NCBI GenBank assembly: GCA_032161105.1
Contig: JAVHTD010000005.1
Source: Candidatus Thermosaccharophagus tengchongensis
GTDB taxonomy: Bacteria > Armatimonadota > Fervidibacteria > Fervidibacterales > Thermosaccharophagaceae
Length of the DNA: 64,000 nucleotides
Direction: 5' to 3' (one strand)
Made by a program: the position numbers and the translations under genes
The notes under the pieces: generated by a model
What the model was told of the DNA's origin: nothing
The model's database searches: none
The model's input: the letters and a program-made list of their open reading frames with translations, nothing else
In this document: one piece after another, positions 31,601 to 39,878 of the stretch
How the letters are laid out: each line of letters begins with the position of its first letter
Position numbering within the stretch: position 1 is the stretch's first letter

Positions 31601-32877
31601 GACCGAGCACCGCTGTGCTTCCCAACGGCATGGTCGTTTACACGGGTGACCCAATACTCGGCATTGACAGTAACGGAACAGCCATTTGGTCATATCCAAA
31701 TCCTTGGGGTGGCGTCCATGCCTCTCACGGCGCTCCATCTCCGATGCCGGGTAGAGTCATTGGGACGCTGCGAATCATCGGGGTTGCCAATGTCCCAACG
31801 CTTGGCGATGTTTTTGCAATCATCGGAAACAAGGGCGAAATCTATCTGTTCACGCACGATGGACTGCTCATTGCAACGCTTTTCAAGGATCATCGCATCG
31901 CACCTTGGTGGAACATATTTCCTGAGCCAAGGCGTGGGATGTTAGTCGGCGACATCACGCTTCAGGAGGAATGCTTTGGTCCGACATTCAATGCGACGAA
32001 TGATGGACGATACTACTTCATCTGTGGACACCACCATGCAAGCATAGTTGAGCTTGAGGGGTTGAGAAACTCGCAGCGGCTTAATGTGTGGCTAAAGCTG
32101 TCGCCAAAGGATATCTTGGCTTGCGAGCAATTCATCCTGCGGCGTGCTGCAATGGAGCGCAACAGGGAGGGCACACTGAAGTTGCTCTCAATTCGCAAGG
32201 CGCTTAAGCCGATGGAAATTGATGCCGACCTCGGTGAGTGGGATGAAAAGCAATTTGAGGATGTGATGAGCGATGGCGAGGCGAGAGCAAAGTTTGCCCT
32301 GATGTGGGATGAGCATTCGCTATATCTTGCGGCAAGGGTGAACGACAAAACACCGATGTTAAACAGCGCAAAGGATTTGCGCCTGCTGTTCAAGTTTGGG
32401 GATTGTGTTGATTTGCAGCTCGGATTGATGCGGACCCCGGAAAACCACCCACAGGAAATCTCTGTGGGCGATGTGCGAATTCTCTTCTCGGTTGTCGGTG
32501 GCAAACCGGTGGCGGTCATATACCGATACAAAGTTCCGTGGGTGAAGGCGCCAGAGAGGTTCACATCGCCTGTGCGTAGCGTAAGCGTTGACGATGTGGA
32601 AACATTGACACGCTCAAAGGTTGCAGTGAAGCTGACCGGGAATGGATATGACATTGAGGCTGAAATCCCGTGGGATGAGATCTGGCGCAGCATCAAGCCG
32701 CCAACTGCGGGAGCTAAAATCCCGATTGACTTTGGGATACTGTTTTCAACTCCAACAGGCGATGGAACGGCTGAGCGAGTCTACTGGGCGAATAAACTTT
32801 CGGGAGTCGTTTCAGATCTGCCGAGCGAGGTTGAGGTGAGACCACACCTTTGGGGTTGGTGTGAGTTCACCGAGTGA
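28648..32877 (+). CDS. Large secreted protein: discoidin-like, FlgD-type Ig, NHL beta-propeller and CBM9-like domains
   Basis: Signal peptide; GYVTIAIND..GKRLRNL...WDGTDDNG (FlgD Ig); GGWLSDH; PYGIAVD NHL repeats; IDADLGEW...WDEHSLYLAARVND...GYDIEAEIPW (CBM9-like). Confidence 0.8.
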   Translation: MKGWMAMRAMNKAFSLCIGLVVLFPFSIGYPIELTFTAAISKDEWDYENTLEFPHHPWRTDKSKGGYSAPTMERLLGLLHIQGPIPPHSSWETAPTKDLVRHFRIAFKRPVQVGTLIGFIGDCEVSYLKPGINSPSDPNNELHWAKVGEPLPRKPFRAVTFPKGAVTSAIRLTFRLPQPPAQPKPSVIYGLAILRERLYDWAQWSTPIAESYIRRTAAEAERHSPWSLIDGNVDTDWRSAREEPITERSPSWVILRWEQPRRISGVWLVNVFGKRIAVDAYVGRGIVNPALAHENAWKQVAIADVPIWWRPPYTDFAVKFTEQVETAALRIRIVEPLTSENPDIAYVTQGGKLRNIARIGEVLALEDVGDKDLPVPSKPKELTPPIPIRYALPKDGYVTIAINDAHGKRLRNLIAHSFRRKGENVDWWDGTDDNGRLVSPGKYEATIIWRGELNLRYQFSVYWSGKTPWLLPDGTGGWLSDHCPPRSIAIVGDRVFIGAFTAESGDTLMALDLKGNKLWGTKWLDLGGAALLCSDGEKLYVASKGAWLGFRGLQATISELDPKTFQFRGLMRLKEDAGIEGIAAHSGTLFVSYRNRDEVVAYDIAKLSQSPDEPEKAIIRTYSIHKPGAIWFDKQTSSLLVVSSTSIVKVDATSGEVKTLITDSLDEPQSIFVSEGGEIFVSDRGHSHQVKVFSPGGKLLRVIGEAGGRTVGPYNPKRMANPYGIAVDGAGRLWVAEEDYQPKRLSIWDARTGKLLREFIGGPEYGGGPVWLSRDKRSAYYRGMEFELDFSNGNWRLKRVYYRIGDEAHGHIFPVTPDRPIEFSGRRLLVYDFGLHTGYVLIAEDIGDYAKPLAAFGSCEWATGGAGRNPYASGARLLSDEFFRALGDRDPFKFNFVWADENGDGRLEMGEVGFHEAPKVNGEVARLFVYWGCLLSPKDLSVAMEGAGRLWLVKVSSWTRAGAPVYDLKGARQIGPTPIRGVGCGPSTAVLPNGMVVYTGDPILGIDSNGTAIWSYPNPWGGVHASHGAPSPMPGRVIGTLRIIGVANVPTLGDVFAIIGNKGEIYLFTHDGLLIATLFKDHRIAPWWNIFPEPRRGMLVGDITLQEECFGPTFNATNDGRYYFICGHHHASIVELEGLRNSQRLNVWLKLSPKDILACEQFILRRAAMERNREGTLKLLSIRKALKPMEIDADLGEWDEKQFEDVMSDGEARAKFALMWDEHSLYLAARVNDKTPMLNSAKDLRLLFKFGDCVDLQLGLMRTPENHPQEISVGDVRILFSVVGGKPVAVIYRYKVPWVKAPERFTSPVRSVSVDDVETLTRSKVAVKLTGNGYDIEAEIPWDEIWRSIKPPTAGAKIPIDFGILFSTPTGDGTAERVYWANKLSGVVSDLPSEVEVRPHLWGWCEFTE

Positions 32878-32966
32878 TTTTCCATGTAAGAGGGCATGCC
32901 CAATTCTCGCTCTATATGGTTGCCCTTGTGAGCATCGCATGAGGGGCATCAAAAGGTGAAGTAGGG

Positions 32967-34214
32967 ATGCTCTTCTTTGTGCCAATTGGGACGAGCGCAA
33001 AATTGCGCCGAACGCCAATTGCGACCTACATCTTCATCGGAATCAATGTGCTCGTTTATTTCCTCGAGCTCGTCGTCTTCTTTAGTGGCGGTAGTAATGC
33101 GCTTAGGGAGCTGTTTTACACATTCGGCTTTGTGCCATCTGAGCCAAGGTGGCATGCGCTGTTCACATCCATGTTCGTTCACGATGCCCCATTGCCGTTT
33201 CATATAGCTGGCAACATGATATACCTTTGGATTTTTGGGAGGCACATTGAAGATGCTCTTGGGAGCGTTGTCTATGCCGTCTTCTACATGACAAGCCAGT
33301 TCGGTGCGATCTTCATGCAAGTCGTAGCACTCAGATTGCTGAACCCAAGGTGGCTATCCATACCGCAGGTTGGTGCATCTGGGGCTATAGCTGCGCTCCT
33401 CGGGCTTTTCGCCATTCGCTTCTATCATGAGCGCATAGAGCTGTTTTATGCCTGTGGTCCAGTCGCTTATTTCAGGCATGGCACAACGCAGCTGCCATCA
33501 CTGCTCGTGCTTGGCGTTTGGTTTGCGTTGGAGATTTTGAATGGTCTGCTCTCATCCGCTGGCACCGGTGGTGCAATGATTGCACACTGGGCGCATGTTG
33601 GCGGTTTCCTTGTCGGAGTTATCGCAGCCTTTTCATTTGGGTCTTTAAAGGATGCACAAGTTGAATCGCTCACCTCGCACGCCGAGTGGCTACTCAGGTG
33701 CGGCATGCGGCAAGCGGCGATGAAGTATCTGAAGCGCGCCGTCAGGGCGGATCCCACCAACGCGGTTGCGAGGCTGCTTCTTGCTGTCTCATCTGCGAAA
33801 TCCGAGGGCGACAATGTGGCAACAGCCCATCTGCAAGCGGCTCTGCGTTACGGGGCGCACTCGGCATCCGGCGTTAGCTTTATTGCGGAAGCTATTGCAT
33901 CGCTCCCGGAGGAACTGCGCGTGGAATTAACGCGAATTGGCACGCCGAAGATGAGGCTTGAAATGGCTGTGCTGCTTGAGCGCTCCCGCAACTACGATGC
34001 AGCTTTGGAACTGTTCAAAAGCGTCGCTTCGGATGAGCGTGCTGACGATGAGCATAGAGCGCTCGCCGCAATACGCAGTGCTGACATACTTTTCAGGCAT
34101 TGCGGCAATAGGGAAGGGGCAAGGAGAATGCTCAAATGGCTTTGTGAGCGCTTTCCAAGCTCTCATTGGGTTGACCTCGCAAGGCATATGCTTCGGCAGA
34201 TTGGGATGGAGTAG
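32967..34214 (+). CDS. Rhomboid family intramembrane serine protease with C-terminal TPR domain
   Basis: HIAGNMIYLWIFG..IED, VGASGAIA, AHVGGF; TPR-like tail. Confidence 0.88.
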   Translation: MLFFVPIGTSAKLRRTPIATYIFIGINVLVYFLELVVFFSGGSNALRELFYTFGFVPSEPRWHALFTSMFVHDAPLPFHIAGNMIYLWIFGRHIEDALGSVVYAVFYMTSQFGAIFMQVVALRLLNPRWLSIPQVGASGAIAALLGLFAIRFYHERIELFYACGPVAYFRHGTTQLPSLLVLGVWFALEILNGLLSSAGTGGAMIAHWAHVGGFLVGVIAAFSFGSLKDAQVESLTSHAEWLLRCGMRQAAMKYLKRAVRADPTNAVARLLLAVSSAKSEGDNVATAHLQAALRYGAHSASGVSFIAEAIASLPEELRVELTRIGTPKMRLEMAVLLERSRNYDAALELFKSVASDERADDEHRALAAIRSADILFRHCGNREGARRMLKWLCERFPSSHWVDLARHMLRQIGME

Positions 34215-34260
34215 CGCCGCAGCGAATGCGCCTAAAGTTTATCTTCGGGGGTGACGCGGG

Positions 34261-35187
34261 GTGAGTGTTAGGGTTGTCGTTGTTGGTGGCGCTAATGTTG
34301 ACATGGTTGCAACTGCGCCGAGGCTCCCAAAGCCCGGTGAGACGGTGATTGGGACGAACTTCACAATCGCATGCGGCGGCAAGGGCGCAAATCAAGCTGT
34401 TGCAGCCGCGCGGCTCGGCGCATCCGTTTCTTTCATCGGGCGTGTTGGAGACGACATGTTCGGGGAGATGCTTGAAAGAAGCTTGCGTGAAGCCGGCGTT
34501 GATACGACATTCTTAAAGCGGGACAGCAGCTCGCATACTGGGGTCGCTCAAATCTATGTCGCTCAAGATGGCGAGAATTGCATCATCGTTGTTCTCGGCG
34601 CAAATGGCAGGGTCAGCGGAGGAGACATTGAAGAAGCCGAGGAAAGGATCAGCAATTCGCATTGCCTCGTATTGCAGCTTGAGATACCGTATGAGGCAGT
34701 GACCAGGGCGGTTGAGATCGCCAACAAACATGGAGTGAAGGTCGTATCCAACTTGGCACCAGCACAGGAGTTCGCTCGCGAACTTTTGAGCATGTGTGAT
34801 GTTGTGACGCTTAACGAGAGCGAGGCAACGCAGATGACTGGGATCGCGATCAACGACTTGGATGATGCTATGAGGGGAGCTAAGGCGCTGCTTGAGATGG
34901 GTGCAAGGGCGGTTGTGCTAACTATGGGTAAGCAAGGCGCTGTAGCAGCTGATGAGGGTGGCATTGAACACATACCGGCTTTCAAAGTTGATTCAATTGA
35001 TGCAACTGCAGCCGGCGACGCATTCACGGCAGCGCTCGCAGTCAGATTATGCGAGGGCGTATCATTGCGCGACGCGGTCGTGTTTGCAAATGCGGCTGGA
35101 GCACTCGCCACAACAAAGCTCGGCGCACAGCCATCGCTGCCATACAGGAGCGAAGTTGAAATGCTGCTCAGGGGCGCCATGAAGTAG
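34261..35187 (+). CDS. rbsK: Ribokinase
   Basis: NVD, GGKGANQAVAAARLG, LQLEIP, NESEA, DATAAGDAF, GAQPS. Confidence 0.92.
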   Translation: MSVRVVVVGGANVDMVATAPRLPKPGETVIGTNFTIACGGKGANQAVAAARLGASVSFIGRVGDDMFGEMLERSLREAGVDTTFLKRDSSSHTGVAQIYVAQDGENCIIVVLGANGRVSGGDIEEAEERISNSHCLVLQLEIPYEAVTRAVEIANKHGVKVVSNLAPAQEFARELLSMCDVVTLNESEATQMTGIAINDLDDAMRGAKALLEMGARAVVLTMGKQGAVAADEGGIEHIPAFKVDSIDATAAGDAFTAALAVRLCEGVSLRDAVVFANAAGALATTKLGAQPSLPYRSEVEMLLRGAMK

Positions 35188-35238
35188 GCATCAGTTGATG
35201 ATTCACTTTGGAGGTGGGTGTTCATGTGCTGCAGTGCA

Positions 35239-35775
35239 ATGCTCAAAATTCACGGCACCACAATACTGGCGGTTAAGCGCAATGGTGAGGTGGCGATGGC
35301 TGGCGATGGTCAGGTGACGATGGGTAACATCGCTGTGAAGCATACAGCCCGCAAGATACGCAAGCTCTACGGCGGGAAAGTTCTTGCCGGGTTTGCTGGT
35401 GCAGTCGCAGATGCCCTTACGCTCTTTCAGAGGTTTGAGGATAAGCTGACCGAGTATCACGGCAATCTAAGGCGCGCCGCTTATGAACTTGCGAGGGATT
35501 GGCGCACCGACAGAGTCTTGAGGAGGCTTGAGGCGTTGCTCGTTGTCGCCGATGCCGAAGACCTATTGCTCATTGCCGGCTCGGGCGAGATCATTGAGCC
35601 AGATGATGGCGTGATTGGCATCGGGACTGGCGGTGGCTACGCAGAGGCTGCAGCGAGGGCGCTGCTCAAGTTTACAAACCTTGATGCGGCAACGATAGCG
35701 CAAGAGGCGCTCACAATAGCTTCTCGGCTCTGCATTTACACGAATGATCAAGTGGTCGTTGAGAAGTTGCCTTAA
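35239..35775 (+). CDS. hslV: ATP-dependent protease subunit HslV
   Basis: [36 protein letters not shown]. Confidence 0.95.
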   Translation: MLKIHGTTILAVKRNGEVAMAGDGQVTMGNIAVKHTARKIRKLYGGKVLAGFAGAVADALTLFQRFEDKLTEYHGNLRRAAYELARDWRTDRVLRRLEALLVVADAEDLLLIAGSGEIIEPDDGVIGIGTGGGYAEAAARALLKFTNLDAATIAQEALTIASRLCIYTNDQVVVEKLP

Positions 35776-35788
35776 TGGCGTGGCGAGA

Positions 35789-36658
35789 ATGAGGGTTGAC
35801 AGCGCTTTGAAGTTGGTCATCTCGGAGCTGCTCAATGTCGGCATTCCAACGCCGCAAGCCGATGGGGAGTGGCTTTTGGCTCATTTGCTCGGATGCTCAC
35901 GGGCGGAGGTTTACCTCCATCGTGACAGGTTGCTCAACGAAAGCGAAGTGCAGCGCTTGAAAGAATTGCTGAGCCAGCGTCTTCGCCGACGCCCATTGGC
36001 ATACATCATCGGCTGCTGGGATTTCTTCGGGCTGAGGATAAAGTTGGATGAAAGGGCAATGATACCCCGTCCCGAGACGGAGCAGCTTGTTGAGATGGTG
36101 ATTGATGAGTTACGCCCCATTCATTCGCATGAGCGCAGTCTGCTCTTAGCCGATGTTGGCACCGGGAGTGGCGCAATAGCGATAGCGTTGGCTGTGCATC
36201 TTCCAAAGGCGCACATAATTGCCACTGACATTTCGGAACGGGCTTTGGAGCTCGCAATGGAGAATGCAATGCTGCATGGAGTCAAAGGGCGCATCACATT
36301 CCTACACGGCTCGTTGCTTGAACCGTTAGAGACCATGCCGCATGTCAGGTTGAATGCGATTGTTGCGAATCTGCCGTATGTCTCAGACGATGAGGTGGAG
36401 TCGTTACCGCCAGAGGTGGTCAATTATGAGCCAAGGGAAAGTTGGTATGGTGGTGCGGATGGATTGCTTTACATCGGAGAGCTCATTGAGGAATCGCCAA
36501 AACGGCTTTGCGGCGGCGGTTTGATTGCACTTGAGGTTGGCACAAGCCAAGCCGAGAAAGTCGCAGGGATGCTCGCTGCAACTCGTGAGTATAATCGGAT
36601 TGAGGTGCGCTGTGATTATGCCGGTTTCCAAAGGTTCGTGATGGCATGGCGTAAATGA
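35789..36658 (+). CDS. prmC: Peptide chain release factor N5-glutamine methyltransferase
   Basis: PLAYIIG, IPRPETE, DVGTGSGAIA, ANLPY, DYAGFQR. Confidence 0.93.
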   Translation: MRVDSALKLVISELLNVGIPTPQADGEWLLAHLLGCSRAEVYLHRDRLLNESEVQRLKELLSQRLRRRPLAYIIGCWDFFGLRIKLDERAMIPRPETEQLVEMVIDELRPIHSHERSLLLADVGTGSGAIAIALAVHLPKAHIIATDISERALELAMENAMLHGVKGRITFLHGSLLEPLETMPHVRLNAIVANLPYVSDDEVESLPPEVVNYEPRESWYGGADGLLYIGELIEESPKRLCGGGLIALEVGTSQAEKVAGMLAATREYNRIEVRCDYAGFQRFVMAWRK

Positions 36659-36680
36659 GAGGTGATGGAGGCAATTAGTC

Positions 36681-37727
36681 ATGACGAAGGTGATAAAGGC
36701 AGATCCCAACCTGCCAGTTGAGAGGTTGGTTCTGGAGTTGGGCGAGGTTGCAATGGCTTTGAAGCATGGTGCGCTTGTCGCATTCCCGACGGAAACGGTT
36801 TACGGGCTTGGTTGCGACCCGTTCAATAGGGAAGCTGTTAAACGCGTGTATGAGGTCAAGGGCAGACCGAGCGGGCGACCGTTGCCATTGCTCGTCTCTT
36901 CCGAGAGCCAAGTTAGAGAGCTCGCAAGCGAGATAAGCGATGCGGCGATGAGGTTGATGGAGCGCTTCTTCCCTGGTGCGTTGACGCTCATTCTGAGGCG
37001 CTCAAAAGTGGTGCCGGATGAAGTTTGCGGATATACCGACAAGGTTGGCGTGCGTTGTCCAAAGCACAACATCCCGTTGGCTTTAATGAGGGCTTGCGGG
37101 ACTCCGTTGGTTGCACCCTCAGCTAACCTGTCTGGGCGCATCTCACCGACGGATGCAAGCGAAGTGTTGAGGCAGCTTGGTGGTCAAATTGAGTTTGTGG
37201 TTGATGGCGGCAGGACAAGCATCGGCATTGAGTCAACGGTTGTGGACATGACCGTTGACCCACCGAGGGTGATTCGCCTCGGCTCAATTTGTGTTGAAGA
37301 GATTGAAGCTGCAATAGGGATGAGAGTTGAGGTTGATGAGAGCGCTATGGTTGGGCGCTATCGCCCGGTTAGTTCACGCCTTGTGCTAATTGACATTGGC
37401 GAGCGTGAGGGGCGAATCAAGGCGCTTAAGGAGCACGCTGCAGCTTGCTTGGGGAGGGGCTTGAGCGTGTGCTTGATCCTCACTGATGAGTCAGTGCAAC
37501 TTCTGAGCGCTTGTGGAAACATACCGAATGCAACGGTGCTCAATCTCGGCAGCGAGAGCGATTTGGAAGGGATAGCATCTCGGTTGTATGAGCGCATTTC
37601 TTTCGCCGACAGGGAAAGAATTGATGTGATACTTGTTGAAGCCATCCCAAGGCGTGGCATTGGGGCAGCCATTATGCAGCGGCTCATTTCGGCAGCTCAT
37701 AGGGTGATAAGTAGCAATTCGCGATAA
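36681..37727 (+). CDS. sua5: L-threonylcarbamoyladenylate synthase, Sua5 type (YrdC + Sua5 C-terminal domain)
   Basis: AFPTETVYGL, KGRP, PSANLSG, GIESTVVD; C-terminal GIGAAIMQRL. Confidence 0.9.
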   Translation: MTKVIKADPNLPVERLVLELGEVAMALKHGALVAFPTETVYGLGCDPFNREAVKRVYEVKGRPSGRPLPLLVSSESQVRELASEISDAAMRLMERFFPGALTLILRRSKVVPDEVCGYTDKVGVRCPKHNIPLALMRACGTPLVAPSANLSGRISPTDASEVLRQLGGQIEFVVDGGRTSIGIESTVVDMTVDPPRVIRLGSICVEEIEAAIGMRVEVDESAMVGRYRPVSSRLVLIDIGEREGRIKALKEHAAACLGRGLSVCLILTDESVQLLSACGNIPNATVLNLGSESDLEGIASRLYERISFADRERIDVILVEAIPRRGIGAAIMQRLISAAHRVISSNSR

Positions 37728-37784
37728 AGCGCTCCGATGAGGGATCAAGGACGCCTTTGGGCAATGGGGCGGTAGTGATACAGC

Positions 37785-38366
37785 TCATTTGCTCTGTGAG
37801 CTTTCCGCTTTCGGATTGACCTTGTAATTTGGCGTGCGCACACCCGTCGGGACATAACCTCTGTCAGTGGTCAAGTAGATTTGGTCAACCTTGATTCCCG
37901 GTTCCGTGCCGATAAGGTAGAATGTGTGCTCGCCAGGCGTTAGCCTGATTTGAACTGTTGAGCGAGGCCAATGCCATCTGTTGTATGTGTTGTCCGTGAT
38001 AACCATTGGGCGACCATCGTCAACTGCGACAGCCACCGAATTGCCGCAGCCGTGAATCCAATATGTGCGAACCCAAACATAATAAACGCCACCTTGTGCC
38101 ACATTGATTTTGTATGTGGCTCGCCCGATTGGTTGATCCTTCTCCTTCTTGAACCACGGTATTTCAACGAAAGCATTCCCTGAGACCTTCTCCGTCTCGT
38201 TCTTCTCAACTTTGGCTATGCGCATCGGCTGCTCTATTGAAGTGACATCCTCGGCTTCAAAACAGATGTAGTTAGCGGTTTGCGGTGAGCACAACTTGAG
38301 CCCAACAAAAGCCAATGTGAGCGATGCAAACAGCCCAATCAATACCACATGCATTCTTGATTTCAT
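37785..38366 (-). CDS. Secreted or membrane-anchored beta-sandwich (carbohydrate-binding-like) protein
   Basis: Signal/anchor, FEAED, GVYYVWVR, LTPGEHT...EPGIKVDQIYLT. Confidence 0.7.
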   Translation of the reverse strand: MKSRMHVVLIGLFASLTLAFVGLKLCSPQTANYICFEAEDVTSIEQPMRIAKVEKNETEKVSGNAFVEIPWFKKEKDQPIGRATYKINVAQGGVYYVWVRTYWIHGCGNSVAVAVDDGRPMVITDNTYNRWHWPRSTVQIRLTPGEHTFYLIGTEPGIKVDQIYLTTDRGYVPTGVRTPNYKVNPKAESSQSK

Positions 38367-38506
38367 GAGTCACACCTCCCGGTGCAGCTTGAGCCTTTGC
38401 CATGAATTAGACGACGACAGTTTATACTCCGTTGCGTTAGTGGTGGAGGTTGCACAGCCGTTTAAACCGGGCACAGAAGCACAACCAGCATCAGCTGCGA
38501 TGTGCT

Positions 38507-38776
38507 TTAGTCAATGTCAATCGTTGGGGCTTCCTTTCCCTCTGGCGATTCAACTTTGGAGCCAGCCTTTGAGCTCTGCTGAGTGGACTTAGGTCCAGTG
38601 GGACCATAATCCGTAACATGCCATCCCGAACCCTTGAACACTATCGGCACCGGCTTGAATACCTTTCTCGCAGGTGAGCCACAGGCGGGACATGTGATTT
38701 GCGGATGCTCATTTGCGCCATGTTCAACATCAAAGTGATGTTTGCATATGGTGCATGCGTATTCGTAGACGGGCAT
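38507..38776 (-). CDS. FmdB family zinc-ribbon protein
   Basis: MPVYEYACTIC...CPACG...FKGSGWHVTDY. Confidence 0.9.
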   Translation of the reverse strand: MPVYEYACTICKHHFDVEHGANEHPQITCPACGSPARKVFKPVPIVFKGSGWHVTDYGPTGPKSTQQSSKAGSKVESPEGKEAPTIDID

Positions 38777-38841
38777 TTGCGATCACCTCCCTTGTTGCCT
38801 CCCGCCCGTGTATCACCCTTTGCTTTTATGAGCTGCCCTGC

Positions 38842-39831
38842 TCACGAGTATCGCCACACCTTCAGCCCTTCAAAGTCAAACTTGAATTGCACGATCACAC
38901 CGGGCATGTTCCTCAGTGCGTTTTCAACATCTGCTCGTTTCCCGCTCTTCGTGAGGAACACGAGACAACCTCCCCCTCCGGCACCGCAAGCCTTTCCACC
39001 CACGCACCCACTTCGCATAGCTGCATCAAAGATGGATTCAATCTGCTCGTTAGTTATGCTTTCGTGCAAAGCCTTCTGGCACTCCCAATTTTCGCCCATC
39101 AGCTTCCCAAATCCATCTATGTCACCGGATTTGAGCGCATCAGCCATCTCAAATGCGATTTCTCGCATCCTCACGAGCCACCCTCTGTTCTTGCCCGAAA
39201 AATAGTTACCCCACACATGCTCATGCAGCTTTGATGAAAGCCTCGCCTTACCTGTGTCAAACAGGATGAGCCTGCCCTCAAGCTCACTGATAATGCCCTC
39301 ACCAAGTTCAAGCCTGTTCACATCAACGCTCCCATCACGGTGAAACACAAACAGGTTAATCCCGCCAAACACTGCCGCATACTGATCTTGCTTTCCACCG
39401 ATTATCCCCAACTCACGCTCTATGCGATGTGACTTCTCCGCTATGAGCTTGCGCATCTCAAACGACTCCACATCTTCGTTTATCGCCTTGATCAAAGCAA
39501 GCCAGAGGGCATTTAAAGCCGCACTTGTGCCCAAGCCCGAACTCGGTATACCGGCTTTATACGAGACCATCGTCCCTCTGACTTCCTTACGAGGTAGCTC
39601 ATCAGGCTCACCTTCGGTTGCCTCACGCTCAGCGTCAAGCAAACTCCCGCCCGTATCAAGCACGCCAGTAACATAAGCCGGACGAAGTTGTCCCGTTGCG
39701 TCCGGGATAAGTGGCACAATCGCTGCATTAAGCGTTGCACCACCCTCGGGCTCGTTCTCGTAAAATTCTGGTGTGTCAGTCCAAGGTCCTCCGAAGTCTA
39801 TTCGCACCGGTATGCGTGCCTCTATGCGCAA
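38842..39831 (-). CDS. GHMP kinase (HddA/heptose-7-phosphate kinase-like)
   Basis: PVRIDFGG.WTD, PSSGLGTS, GGKQDQYAAVFGG, GGKACGAGGGG. Confidence 0.85.
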   Translation of the reverse strand: MRIEARIPVRIDFGGPWTDTPEFYENEPEGGATLNAAIVPLIPDATGQLRPAYVTGVLDTGGSLLDAEREATEGEPDELPRKEVRGTMVSYKAGIPSSGLGTSAALNALWLALIKAINEDVESFEMRKLIAEKSHRIERELGIIGGKQDQYAAVFGGINLFVFHRDGSVDVNRLELGEGIISELEGRLILFDTGKARLSSKLHEHVWGNYFSGKNRGWLVRMREIAFEMADALKSGDIDGFGKLMGENWECQKALHESITNEQIESIFDAAMRSGCVGGKACGAGGGGCLVFLTKSGKRADVENALRNMPGVIVQFKFDFEGLKVWRYS

Positions 39832-39878
39832 TTAACTCACCTCACTGAGCTAAGTTGTGAAGCGATGCCACTGAGTTT

